64,000 nucleotides of DNA, from the NCBI GenBank assembly GCA_040217195.1, contig JAVJNR010000003.1, positions 192,001-256,000 of the forward strand. The letters run 5' to 3'. This stretch comes from Leptospiraceae bacterium. GTDB taxonomy: Bacteria; Spirochaetota; Leptospiria; Leptospirales; Leptonemataceae. This document shows positions 30,405-40,907 of the stretch, in pieces; position 1 is the first letter of the stretch; each line of letters starts with the position of its first letter. The translations under genes and the position numbers were made by a program. Below the pieces are notes generated by a model. It ran no database searches. It was not told the origin of the DNA and saw nothing but the letters and a program-made list of their open reading frames with translations.

Positions 30405-33400
30405 TGGGTTTTCTGGACGGCATCCTTTCGCTTGCCTATTTCTTTTTTGTATTGTTTCTACTGATGCATGGTATTCAGAATCTCAAAGAGTGCTATGCCG
30501 CTCTTAAGAGATATCGCTCGGGCAAGAAAGTACAATATGAAAAATCCCTCCAGCACCTGGCTCCCGGTGCGGGCGCTGTATTTGCTGGAATCCTTACTTT
30601 CTTTATTCTCTCTGTACCTGCACTGATAGAAACATTGTTCTATGCAGACAGCAATTCCATTCTATTTCGCACGGCAACTGCTCTGGCCTTTGAATATGAA
30701 TTACTGGGAAGCATTTTCTCGGCTGCAGGCGCTCCGGCCACTCCCGATGCCGTAGCTCAGATCATTCTGGACATTATTCCTGTCCATTTCTGGCAGCTAA
30801 TTCTCTTTCTCATCGGATATTTCGCATATCGAATTCTAACCTCCCAATTCTCTCGCATGTTTCAAGAGCCATCCGCTTTGATGCGATCAAGGCTGCCCGT
30901 AGATTTTGAGAATTCAGATCCAGAAACTCCACCCGTACTTTCGCCCTATACTTCCTTTGTATCCGGATCCATTTTTTTCTTTATTGGTGCAGGTATGCTG
31001 CTATTCCCATCTGCAGAGATGCAGTATGAGATTATTAGCGGCCGCGACATGGGTGGCTTCCTCTCTGTAATTCACGATCTCCAGGCTTTCATTCTACTCA
31101 GCAGTCAGTCCAATCATCATGTATTTCAGAATTCACATATTGCCGATTTTTTGCCCTGCATTCTGGCGCTGGTAGGTATGGGTATTCTGGAATTCACCGC
31201 CAGAGGATTATCAGAAAAATCCCGGCCGCCCTATACCGGAAATCAATCTGGAATTCATCTGGCTTTTAAGCGAAATCAGTTCGATTTCCTGGAAGATTTG
31301 CAGAAGAAAATTGGTCAGGTGCAGCCGCTGTTCGAAAATAATCCAACGTCCGGCGGTCGTAGCCCGCGAATAGAAGAAATAGATAGGGGGGCGCTGAAAA
31401 GGACTGTAGCAGAAACTCATGAGGAGTATCGCTTTGAAACTCTGGAAACCGAAAATCCGTTCTGGAGCGATATTCTGGAAAGACTGAACGTTGATCGTCT
31501 GTACACAACTCAATGGGAAGTAATCCAGAAAACAGCCACCGGTCAGAAAGTAGTCCTTTCAATGGAACCTGGTTCGGGCAAAATGCTTTCTGTTTTTCTG
31601 TCTGCCATGTACCAGGTAGTGCAAAAATTTCAGTCCGTACTGATCCTGGTTCCAGATGATAGCATTGCCGATGAAATCAAAGCCAGGTATTATGCGAAAA
31701 TCCAGGATTTACACTGGATGCAGGGATTATCCTTGCAGATTCTTACAAGCGATGAGGACAGAAGAGACACCGGCCATGTAACTGCCCTGGCCATGCAGGA
31801 ACTGCCCAGCGAAAGGCAGCCAGACATTATTCTTGCAACTCCCGATAGGCTTCATGGACTATTGAAAACCAGAGCCAGAGCACGGGATTTTATTCAGAAT
31901 CTGGGATTTGTAGCCATTGTTGAGGGTTCTTTGCATGGACATGTTCAGTCTCTACATACAGCTATGGTGCTGCGAAGATTCTTCACCATGGTTCGTCTGG
32001 TATTTCGCGGCCGGTACGGCGCCCGCTGGATGGGCGAAGATGGATTTCCTGAACTGGGGGTTCTGGTTACTCTGGAAAACTGTTCCAACGCAGATGCTTT
32101 TGCATCATTTTTGACCGGCCTGGATTTTTTGCCGGCCAATGTAATTTCTGCCTCACAGGCCCCCGTTCGACCCAAGAACGTTTACACCATCAAAGTAGAT
32201 TCAAGAAAAACAGGACAAACTCCCGGCCCACTGGCCATTTTTGATGCAGCCATGCAAAATCAGCAAGTTCCTCTTTTACTGCTTGGGTACGGCGAAAGAC
32301 TGATTCTGGCAGATAAGATTCGAATCGCTAGATACATTGAACAAAATTCAGGACAGGCTCGTTCAGATGTTCTAAAATCAATGTTTCTTGAATCTGAGCT
32401 GGTGAGGGGCCGCGAAAATGAAGGCTTCCTGGAGAATTCCTGGCAGCTGCTGGAATCCAGAGTCGCTGTTGTCGACCCTACCCATGATCCCGGAAAGTCC
32501 ATGTCCTTAATATCATCTATGGGTCTTTTTGCTGCGGGAGAGGCACCTCTGATTCTAATACCAATATACCTGGAAATGGATCGCATTCGGGCCCGCAGAC
32601 TGATGTCAGATGCAGGTCTATGGTCCGGATCCGGTTCCAGTTCGCCGCAACTGATCATCCCTGAATTCGATTCCAGGACTCTGCCTATATTGAAGTCCCA
32701 TTTGCATTGCCTGTTTGAAGAAATGGATCGTAGTTTTCTAAAAGGATACTCCGAGCCAGATCTTTTATCTCTCTTTGGTGGAGGTTTGAATCAGCGAATG
32801 GCTGATTTGATCCATCTGAGCATCCAGGAAATGGTTGCGGCCTGGAAAATTCGACCTCAGGAAAATGAAGAGCATATATCCTACGAAGCTGTTTCCACCC
32901 TGGAGGATATATATGATTTTTCATTCGACACTGTATCGCAAAGATCAGCAGTAAATGTCACTGTATTAAATACAACTAAAGTCAAGCATCTGGAATCGTT
33001 TGACCTTGAGTTCAAATATCCACCAGGTTCGGTAGTGCTATTCGACGGTAAGCGACGTCGCTTGCTCCAGGCTTCAGAAAAAGAAAATGCGGAAAATTAC
33101 GCTACTGGTTCCTCTGCTGCCGTTATGCTGGGCGCCGAGCATGAGACCTTCTACTCCAGAACAAAAATTCAGCTACTGACCGATTTCTGGAAACATTATC
33201 AGCAGAACCAATCGGACTACCAGGTTGAAAGCAGGTTCGTAGCGGCCGGAGACAAGACCATTTCGGTGCAATTCATCCGTCCAGATGGGCCGGGGACGCC
33301 CCTATCTTCGGAAATAATGGACAGCCCCCGGAATTCGCAATGCCTGGAAGTGGAATGGAGTGCAGGCGAGCTGGAGTATCGAGATGCCATTACGGATCGC

Positions 33401-33961
33401 ATTATTAGCCGCACCGATGTGCGAACCGAGAGGTCCGAGTCTGCCGGAAAATTAATTCTTAGCCCGGATGAGATTCTACACGTACTGATCTCTTCTGATG
33501 AATTCGATTCTGACAGTCCTGCACCGGAACAAGAAAATTCCGACGAAGAAACAGAAAGCACCGGCTCGGAACAATCATCTGAACCGATGACTGTACCAAA
33601 CGAAGTCATCGATTTATTCGACCTGGAATTCAAGAAGGGAATCGCTCTTCTAGTTTCCAATCATGAAGATTTGCTTGAGACCAGGGTACAAATCGGTTCA
33701 GGAATCTTTCTAACTCTAATTCATAAGCCTGTGTTTAGCAGCAACTTGCTCTCAATCATTGAGTCCGATCTCTGCGGCGAGAATCTTCATGGAACGTCCA
33801 GAATACTCACAGGTCTTGCAGAAAACACCACACTGCTGGAACACTTCACTTTCCTGAAAAAGTTCAGAATACCATTTCAAACCAGGGAAGCCCCGGCTTC
33901 GAATGTGCCGCAACTACTGGACGAAAACTGGGAAGATATTGCTTCGGAGGAGCATTTATGA
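30404..33961 (+). CDS. Multi-pass membrane protein fused to a degenerate YprA/Hrq1-like SF2 helicase
   Basis: About 5 N-terminal TMs; RLYTTQ, PGSGKM, PDIILATPDRLH, VAIVEGS, AMVLRR, LKSHLHC; TGATG overlap with the upstream gene. Confidence 0.75.
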   Translation: MGFLDGILSLAYFFFVLFLLMHGIQNLKECYAALKRYRSGKKVQYEKSLQHLAPGAGAVFAGILTFFILSVPALIETLFYADSNSILFRTATALAFEYELLGSIFSAAGAPATPDAVAQIILDIIPVHFWQLILFLIGYFAYRILTSQFSRMFQEPSALMRSRLPVDFENSDPETPPVLSPYTSFVSGSIFFFIGAGMLLFPSAEMQYEIISGRDMGGFLSVIHDLQAFILLSSQSNHHVFQNSHIADFLPCILALVGMGILEFTARGLSEKSRPPYTGNQSGIHLAFKRNQFDFLEDLQKKIGQVQPLFENNPTSGGRSPRIEEIDRGALKRTVAETHEEYRFETLETENPFWSDILERLNVDRLYTTQWEVIQKTATGQKVVLSMEPGSGKMLSVFLSAMYQVVQKFQSVLILVPDDSIADEIKARYYAKIQDLHWMQGLSLQILTSDEDRRDTGHVTALAMQELPSERQPDIILATPDRLHGLLKTRARARDFIQNLGFVAIVEGSLHGHVQSLHTAMVLRRFFTMVRLVFRGRYGARWMGEDGFPELGVLVTLENCSNADAFASFLTGLDFLPANVISASQAPVRPKNVYTIKVDSRKTGQTPGPLAIFDAAMQNQQVPLLLLGYGERLILADKIRIARYIEQNSGQARSDVLKSMFLESELVRGRENEGFLENSWQLLESRVAVVDPTHDPGKSMSLISSMGLFAAGEAPLILIPIYLEMDRIRARRLMSDAGLWSGSGSSSPQLIIPEFDSRTLPILKSHLHCLFEEMDRSFLKGYSEPDLLSLFGGGLNQRMADLIHLSIQEMVAAWKIRPQENEEHISYEAVSTLEDIYDFSFDTVSQRSAVNVTVLNTTKVKHLESFDLEFKYPPGSVVLFDGKRRRLLQASEKENAENYATGSSAAVMLGAEHETFYSRTKIQLLTDFWKHYQQNQSDYQVESRFVAAGDKTISVQFIRPDGPGTPLSSEIMDSPRNSQCLEVEWSAGELEYRDAITDRIISRTDVRTERSESAGKLILSPDEILHVLISSDEFDSDSPAPEQENSDEETESTGSEQSSEPMTVPNEVIDLFDLEFKKGIALLVSNHEDLLETRVQIGSGIFLTLIHKPVFSSNLLSIIESDLCGENLHGTSRILTGLAENTTLLEHFTFLKKFRIPFQTREAPASNVPQLLDENWEDIASEEHL

Positions 33962-35007
33962 AACGTTCGGAAGCCTCCCATCCGGCCCATTTGCAGAGGG
34001 ACTCCAATGAAAGGTACAGAGCAGATCTTTCCAGGGATTTTGTAAATATCAAGATCCATCGCCCGGAAATAAAACGAAGATCCTCCCAGCCTGCGTTTCT
34101 GGACCATCCGCTGCTGCGATGGGCATTCAAGAAGGTTCTGACCACCGCGGAAAGCCAGATTTCTGTGGAGTACTGCTATCGTTGTGAAGTACTTCTCGAA
34201 GGCGACACTTCCAGACTGGAGCCGCCCCTGCTATGCGAACCATGCGGCCAGGAGGTGTTCAGTCACCATTCCACCGAGGATGGAATGCAACCCGGGGATT
34301 CTCGGTCTAAGAACCCTCGAATCAGACCCTCCCATGACTTTCTAAATCGGTATTCTATTATTGAAAGCACAGGTGTGGATCCAGTTCGAGCGTCTGGAGT
34401 TCGTCTGCCAGAGCAAGTGGGCTCGAATTCCTCCGAAGTTCCATTTTGTATCTTTACAGGGAAATTCATAGGAGAAGAAAGCTTTCTAGTAGGCCCATTT
34501 AAAGCGCCAGCCTCGGTGGCTCGAAGATTGCTCCGCGGCCAGATAGATGAACTGGATGAGATCGCAAATGGAATGATTCTTCCTTTTCTTTCGCTTTACA
34601 ATCTTCATCCAGGGCAGATGCAGCTGGAGATTCACTGGGGCAGCCGGATCAGTAAAAACGCAGCAAGCCATCCAAGGTATCAAAAATTCGCCTATGTTAT
34701 CAATCCAGGGCTTCGAATACTGAAAATCGAAATCGATCTGTCCGATGGAGCACCGAATTACTATGAATTCATGCTTGCTCTAGTATCTCTGATTGGATGT
34801 TTTTGCAATGATAAAGAAATTGATCGCTACGGGGATCCTTCCAGCAACGATTTATTGATCTATCTTGAAGCGGAGCTTGTTTTTGCATTCAGCGCCAACA
34901 CAAAGAGTATGGAGCGATACGCTAAACAATTCCTACCCAAACACAGGCGTAACCGAATTAGAGACACCTACATGGAAGCCATTCGCAGCCGAAGGCCTCG
35001 CTCCTGA
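33958..35007 (+). CDS. Hypothetical protein with CxxC...CxxC Zn-ribbon, last gene of the operon
   Basis: CYRC and CEPC pairs; ATGA overlap with the upstream gene. Confidence 0.7.
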   Translation: MKRSEASHPAHLQRDSNERYRADLSRDFVNIKIHRPEIKRRSSQPAFLDHPLLRWAFKKVLTTAESQISVEYCYRCEVLLEGDTSRLEPPLLCEPCGQEVFSHHSTEDGMQPGDSRSKNPRIRPSHDFLNRYSIIESTGVDPVRASGVRLPEQVGSNSSEVPFCIFTGKFIGEESFLVGPFKAPASVARRLLRGQIDELDEIANGMILPFLSLYNLHPGQMQLEIHWGSRISKNAASHPRYQKFAYVINPGLRILKIEIDLSDGAPNYYEFMLALVSLIGCFCNDKEIDRYGDPSSNDLLIYLEAELVFAFSANTKSMERYAKQFLPKHRRNRIRDTYMEAIRSRRPRS

Positions 35008-35201
35008 TAGGCCAGGTTCTGCTTCGCCCGGTGGGTTTAGTCTCTGAATACCCCTATTAAGCTTCCGGGTGCGAAAGCCCCCGCATCTAGCTTATAATTC
35101 TGGATTCTGGTTACCAGCATTCCACCGCTTCCTGGAAGCCCCCGGAAGGTAATATTTGCAGCTCCGGGTGAATTTCAATAAACCTTTTTTATGGTTGCCG
35201 G

Positions 35202-35954
35202 ATGCTACGAACCTGCACTGGATGCATTATGCGAGCCGTGGATAATAGAAGGAACGGCAACCTGCATTATGGCGCTTCGAGAGCAGGCTATATTGCTGGA
35301 TTGACCAGCACTATTCTGTTACTGTCTATCTTCACCGGAAACTGCTTTCTGCATCCCATAAGTGGTACCGGACCATCCCAGGAACTCTTTGGCCTTTCTG
35401 ATGAGCAGTCCAATGAAAAGCTTTTTGCAGCACTCCTGGCTAGCTTGGCCAACCTGGACGCCAGTTCTGCAACTCACATCACACTTTATAATGCAGGAAC
35501 CACCGATGGAGATATGGGAGGCCTGAGCGGTGCCAACGCCATTTGTAATGCGTCCTCCAACAAACCAGAAGGAACCACTGGAGTGGCCTTCCTATCCACA
35601 TCGAGCCAGGCTTTATTGTTACTCCCTGGTGTTCCATTGGACCTACCAGTTCAGGGACCCAACGGATTACCTCTTGCCACAGATTGGTTCGACCTCTTCG
35701 GTTTTGAACAGACAATTTTGAACACCCTGGGCGATGCAGAGGTTTTACCCTTTGCCTCCAATGAGTTTTACTCGGGCACTGCTCCAGATGGATTTCCGGA
35801 GCCTGGATATACCTGTGATGACTGGAACAGCTCTGACAGCCGTTCGTTCTTTGCCACAGTGGGAATTGGAGATGAAACTTCTGATTTCTGGATTTCCCAC
35901 ACGGATCCTCCCGGCTGTAATGCGATTCTCTATCTACTCTGTGCAGCCTGGTAA
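35202..35954 (+). CDS. DUF1554 (endostatin-like, Len-type) lipoprotein, copy 1 (start uncertain)
   Basis: GDMGGLSGANAIC, AFLST, DWFDLF, TCDDW, terminal LCAAW. Confidence 0.75.
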   Translation: MLRTCTGCIMRAVDNRRNGNLHYGASRAGYIAGLTSTILLLSIFTGNCFLHPISGTGPSQELFGLSDEQSNEKLFAALLASLANLDASSATHITLYNAGTTDGDMGGLSGANAICNASSNKPEGTTGVAFLSTSSQALLLLPGVPLDLPVQGPNGLPLATDWFDLFGFEQTILNTLGDAEVLPFASNEFYSGTAPDGFPEPGYTCDDWNSSDSRSFFATVGIGDETSDFWISHTDPPGCNAILYLLCAAW

Positions 35955-36045
35955 TTTCCAGGCGCGGATTTGCTGGGCGGACCGCCCGGAATATTTTATT
36001 GTTTTTTTTTATTGATATATTTCCCTACCATATCCATTTTTCTGT

Positions 36046-36747
36046 ATGCTCGATGGGAGAAATCTCCAAAAGCTGATTTCCCGGATCAGAAACCAGCTCA
36101 CTTGCCTCTGGATTCTCTTTCCCCTGATATTAACCACAGCCTGCGTTTTGCATCCGGCTACCGGCACCGAACCATCCAGGGAACTTTTTGGGCTGAATGA
36201 CTCAAGGCCGGAAGATGCTTTGTTGATCTCAGGCTTAATCATGGGACTGGATGCGGCGCCTGCTACCCCGCAAATCATGCTCTACGCTGCTGGCAGTATG
36301 GATGGTGGCATGGGAGGTATCCAGAATGCTAACGGTTTCTGCCAGAGCTCCCCCAGCCAGCCGCCAGGCACTATGAGCAAGGCATTCCTTTCCACCTCGG
36401 ACCAGGACTTGATCAGTTTGCCAGGGGTCCCTGCGGATCTGGCTGTACGGGGGCCGAACGGTTCGTTGATAGCTGATAACTGGTCTGATCTATTTGGAAC
36501 TGGCGAATCAATCGAGAATTCTATGTACGATGCAGGCGTATTGCCCTTCCCCTCAAGTACATTCTATACAGGAACCGATGTCAATGGACAATCCAGTAAC
36601 TTGAATACCTGCCTTGACTGGAACAGCCCATCCCTTCAAGATACCGGAGCAGTAGGCATTGCCAACCTGACTGCGGAGAATTGGATCAACGGAGGCGCGC
36701 CCATGGAATGCGCCTATTCCCATTCTATCCTGTGCGCAGCCTGGTAA
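36046..36747 (+). CDS. DUF1554 (endostatin-like, Len-type) lipoprotein, copy 2
   Basis: GGMGGIQNANGFC, AFLST, NWSDLF, TCLDW, LCAAW; lipobox LTTAC. Confidence 0.75.
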   Translation: MLDGRNLQKLISRIRNQLTCLWILFPLILTTACVLHPATGTEPSRELFGLNDSRPEDALLISGLIMGLDAAPATPQIMLYAAGSMDGGMGGIQNANGFCQSSPSQPPGTMSKAFLSTSDQDLISLPGVPADLAVRGPNGSLIADNWSDLFGTGESIENSMYDAGVLPFPSSTFYTGTDVNGQSSNLNTCLDWNSPSLQDTGAVGIANLTAENWINGGAPMECAYSHSILCAAW

Positions 36748-36963
36748 TCCATTAGTTTAATCACCGGATTCCGGTACCAATCAGGGATTCCCGAAATCGC
36801 CAGGAACTCTACAATCCAGCGCCAAAGGTTTACCACTCATTTCCTGGCTGCCACCAGTTCCCGTAAAAACGATTCTACTATCCAGCGAACCCTTACTCTC
36901 CATCTCTGACCCTGGCGAGGCAATTGAACGGTAGCGCCAGCAATCTAAAATGGGAGGGAATCC

Positions 36964-37764
36964 ATGTGGTTAAGAACCAGCTGTAACTTTACCTTTGATA
37001 TTCAGTTTCCCACACCCTTTATCTGGATGCTTAGACCCCGCAGTGGTCCACTGCAATGGGTGGCCCGCGAAGAGTTCATGGTTCACCCTCAGGTTCCTGT
37101 TTTCGAATTCACAGATTCTTTTGGCAATCTTTGCCAGCGCATGGTGGCACCTCCAGGAAGATTTGAACTAAATACAAGCGCCGATGTGCATACTCCGGAT
37201 CAAATAGATCAGGGATTTGGTGAGCCAATGATTCTGGTTCAGTACCTACCGGAATCGGTGCTGCATTATTTGCTTCCCAGTCGTTATTGCGAATCGGATC
37301 GATTTAATTGGATGGCCACAGAAATCACTGCAGGCGAAAAGCCTGGCTATGACCAGGTGGCAGCTATCAATCAATGGCTTCAGTCCTCCATTCGATTTGA
37401 GCCGGGCAGCAGCGATATCCCCGTATCCGCTGTGGAAGTGAATCAAAGACAGGTTGGGGTCTGCCGGGATCTTTCGCATCTTGGAATTGCACTCTGTCGA
37501 GCAATGACCATCCCTGCCCGGCTGGTGGTAGGATATCTCCATGAACTGAAACCAATGGATTTACATGCCTGGTTCGAAGCTTTCGTTGGAGGACGATGGT
37601 ATAAATTTGATCCTACTCAAACTTCCTTGAGAGGCGGATATGTTGCCACCGGCTATGGAAGGGATGCCGCCGATGTTGCCATTTATAATCAGTTCGGCCC
37701 GCCGGTTTTCCCTCTATCCAACAAGGTAGAAATCGAAAAGCTGGAACGAGACGAACCCGCTTGA
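36964..37764 (+). CDS. Transglutaminase-like family protein
   Basis: [31 protein letters not shown]. Confidence 0.9.
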   Translation: MWLRTSCNFTFDIQFPTPFIWMLRPRSGPLQWVAREEFMVHPQVPVFEFTDSFGNLCQRMVAPPGRFELNTSADVHTPDQIDQGFGEPMILVQYLPESVLHYLLPSRYCESDRFNWMATEITAGEKPGYDQVAAINQWLQSSIRFEPGSSDIPVSAVEVNQRQVGVCRDLSHLGIALCRAMTIPARLVVGYLHELKPMDLHAWFEAFVGGRWYKFDPTQTSLRGGYVATGYGRDAADVAIYNQFGPPVFPLSNKVEIEKLERDEPA

Positions 37765-37920
37765 TTGCCCGAGTCCATTAAGGACAGGCATTCCTGCTTG
37801 TTTGCTCAGTATCTTCCGTTTTTCTGACCATAGATTCGGAACTATTCTGAAACAGTGCCTTTGGTTGCCCCTGGTCCCCAATCAGCCCTGTCCGGGAATA
37901 TGCCCAGATAAAGAGGAACG

Positions 37921-38997
37921 ATGAACCGTATTACATTTCCAGGCGGAAGTGCCTTCTATCAAACTTTAAAGCAAAGGGTGGATGACTACTTCCAGACCAG
38001 TCGTAAAAGTAAAGCAGGCAATGCCTCCATGTATGTAAAGACCGGCATCATCCTGCTCTGGCTTGCTGCTTCCTATGTACTTCTAGTTTTCTTTTCTGCA
38101 TCCTTCATTATGGCTTTGATTACCGCATTCTTTGTGGCTCAGGGATTCGTTCTGGTCGGTTTCAACATTATGCATGATGCGAATCATGGCAGCTACAGCG
38201 AACGAAAAGGAATAAACCGTTTAATGGGCTGGACCCTGGATCTAATTGGCGGTAGCAGCCACCTATGGAAACACAAGCATAATGTACTGCATCATACATA
38301 TACGAATGTAGCTGACCTGGACGATGACCTGGATACAGGCGGTCTGCTCAGACTGAGCCCCACGCAAGAATGGAAACCCTGGCATAAGTTTCAACAATGG
38401 TATGCCTTCCCTCTTTATAGCCTGCTAACCATTTCCTGGTTGACCTTCTACGATTTTCAAAAGCTATTCACAGGACGTATTGGAAATCATCAGTTACCTC
38501 AGACTCTTTTACGCGATAAACTATTCTTCTTTCTTACCAAGGTATTCTATTTCACATATACCATTGCCATACCACTTTTTTTCCATCCCATACTCCATGT
38601 GCTTATGGGATTTCTGGCAATTCACATCGTAACTGGTATAACCCTGGCTGTTGTATTCCAGCTAGCTCATACCACACCGGCCACAGAATTTCCAGAGGCC
38701 AATGCAGATTCCGGAAGACTGCCGGAGGATTGGGCCACCCATCAGGTCAGGACAACGGCAGATTTCGCCCCCAATAATCCTGTGGTTAGCTGGTATCTGG
38801 GTGGTTTAAATTATCAGATCGAACACCATCTGTTCAGTCGAGTCTGCCATGTACATTATCCGGCTCTCAGCGAAATTGTACGCCAGACCTGCGAAGAGTT
38901 TTCTATTCGATATCAATCCTTTCCAACGGTGCGATCTGCTTTTATGGCCCATTGGCGGTTTCTGAGGGACCTGGGAAAACAGCCTGCCGCTGCATGA
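37921..38997 (+). CDS. Acyl-CoA / fatty-acid desaturase (Delta6 / linoleoyl-CoA type)
   Basis: HDANH, HNVLHH, QIEHH His boxes. Confidence 0.92.
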   Translation: MNRITFPGGSAFYQTLKQRVDDYFQTSRKSKAGNASMYVKTGIILLWLAASYVLLVFFSASFIMALITAFFVAQGFVLVGFNIMHDANHGSYSERKGINRLMGWTLDLIGGSSHLWKHKHNVLHHTYTNVADLDDDLDTGGLLRLSPTQEWKPWHKFQQWYAFPLYSLLTISWLTFYDFQKLFTGRIGNHQLPQTLLRDKLFFFLTKVFYFTYTIAIPLFFHPILHVLMGFLAIHIVTGITLAVVFQLAHTTPATEFPEANADSGRLPEDWATHQVRTTADFAPNNPVVSWYLGGLNYQIEHHLFSRVCHVHYPALSEIVRQTCEEFSIRYQSFPTVRSAFMAHWRFLRDLGKQPAAA

Positions 38998-39258
38998 CTC
39001 CTTAGATCTGAAATTATCCCGCCGAAGGTAGATCCCAATGGCTTGAGCCTTTCAGAAGGGCTTATTTTCAGAACTGATCGGACTGTAGAGACTTTTATGC
39101 TGAATGGATTTTCTATTCTTTGAAGCTCGAAGGTTTCGCACCGATGAACCGGCAAAGGGCCAGAACCGGAAGTGTCTGTAAGATAACATCGCTCAGCTCG
39201 TCCCCTGGTGTCTGATTCTTAAGCCAGGTTAAATAATACCGGACCTCAATCATGAACC

Positions 39259-40170
39259 TCAGGAGCCCTTTCTGGATGGGTATTTTAGATAGGTAAGCAT
39301 CACTCCAATCAATACCAGCCCCAGCCCGAGTAAGTCCACAGCCTGCACCTCATCGCCAAAGGCCAGCCAGGCCATGATCATGGTAACCGGAGGTCCGAGG
39401 TAGAACAATGCAGCCACTCGGGTAGCATCCATTCGATGGATGAGCATCCACATCAAAGAATAGGCACCCAGCGAAACGGCAAGAATCAACCAGGCCATGG
39501 AAGCAATAAAGGCCGGATTCCAGTCCACGTACAGTCCTTCGAGGAAAATAGCAGGTAAGGCTACGGTACCCACGGTTGCAATGCTCTGGTAGAACAGCGA
39601 AAGGCCGCCAGGCATAGATTCATAATCCTCTTTCAGATTCAATCTACGCTGAAAAAGACTGGCCACCGTTATTGCGATTACCGAGCCCAGGGGAATCAAC
39701 CAGGCGAATACCTCTTCTGCATCACTAAAATTCACTCGCAGGACCACAGGTATGGCAACTCCTGCAAATCCGATGAATAAACCCATCCAGCGGTTCCAGG
39801 GAGTGGATTCGCCTGTAACGATGCCGGACAATGCTCCAGTCACCAGAGGCTGAAGCGCCACCACCAGGGCAACAATGCCTGCAGGCACTCCATAATCGAT
39901 GGCAATCAGAACACAGGAAAGCCAGACTCCATGCGCCAGTGCACCGTTAAACATCTGGGGCCAGACAATTTTCCACCCGGACCAGCGAAGCTGCCTGGTA
40001 ACGATTAGATACATTGCAAGAAGAACTGCCAGTGCCAGATACCGAAAGAATAGAAGGCTGAATGGCCCGGTGAAGGGTAAACCATACTCTGCGCCAATGA
40101 ATCCGGAGTTCCAGAGAAGCACGAAACCGATAATCAGTACGATGTTTGCCTGTTGATCTTTTTTCTCCAT
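39259..40170 (-). CDS. DMT/EamA family transporter
   Basis: About 10 TMs, LWNSGFI, ALQP, FYLGPP. Confidence 0.9.
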   Translation of the reverse strand: MEKKDQQANIVLIIGFVLLWNSGFIGAEYGLPFTGPFSLLFFRYLALAVLLAMYLIVTRQLRWSGWKIVWPQMFNGALAHGVWLSCVLIAIDYGVPAGIVALVVALQPLVTGALSGIVTGESTPWNRWMGLFIGFAGVAIPVVLRVNFSDAEEVFAWLIPLGSVIAITVASLFQRRLNLKEDYESMPGGLSLFYQSIATVGTVALPAIFLEGLYVDWNPAFIASMAWLILAVSLGAYSLMWMLIHRMDATRVAALFYLGPPVTMIMAWLAFGDEVQAVDLLGLGLVLIGVMLTYLKYPSRKGS

Positions 40171-40373
40171 GCGAATTGTGGAGCCCTTCTTAGAATTGAA
40201 GTAGTCACAGCGCCAGAAGAATTTTTGCAGAAAAACGGTCTGCCCCAGGATCCGAAAGCAGAATTACACTCGAAACATCGATTCTGATGCAGAGCTTACT
40301 GTCTTTCGAGAGTCGAATCCAGACATTAGTTATAGGCCTTGACATTTTTCGAAAACCACCTGGCATATGAACC

Positions 40374-40907
40374 ATGGGCATTGATAATTCTCAAAAAGCA
40401 ACCCTGCGGGATACGAAAACTCAGCGGAATGGAAATAGTTCCAGGCAGATCACTTTGATTCGGTTATCCTTGTTCATTCTGCTCTCTGGCCTTGTGACCA
40501 CAGCGATCCATTGCAGCTTCCATTGCGGAACCAATCCTTCCAACAGGATCAAGCTTCCCATTCAATCAGATAAGTCCGCCGCCGAAGTACAGACCGCAGT
40601 CCAGCAAGCATTGCCCGAAATCAAAGCTGCAATACAGGAAGATCTAATACAGACATTCCCGGAATTCGATATCGCAAGCACAGAAGGAACCTGGTTTTCC
40701 GTATCTAGAGGTAGTGCCATTCTAAACGGTAAGGATTACTCCTACTGTGAACTTGTAATTCGGCTGAAGTATGATGGCCGCTCCCCATCATTTGAGGAGG
40801 TGCGAAATCTACTGATGAAGTCTGCCAGGAGCTCCCTGGAAAAGGATGGATGGACTGTAGTTCCGGTAAACTCTCTGGGTTTTCCGGTATTCGACCAGGT
40901 CCCTTAG
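40374..40907 (+). CDS. Hypothetical exported protein / lipoprotein
   Basis: Hydrophobic segment followed by HCSFHCG; 177-aa ORF. Confidence 0.55.
   Translation: MGIDNSQKATLRDTKTQRNGNSSRQITLIRLSLFILLSGLVTTAIHCSFHCGTNPSNRIKLPIQSDKSAAEVQTAVQQALPEIKAAIQEDLIQTFPEFDIASTEGTWFSVSRGSAILNGKDYSYCELVIRLKYDGRSPSFEEVRNLLMKSARSSLEKDGWTVVPVNSLGFPVFDQVP

Noticed and set aside
21700..35100. Tubulin operon as a mobile island or prophage
   Set aside because: No integrase, transposase, tRNA or flanking direct repeats seen; compositional shift could not be computed
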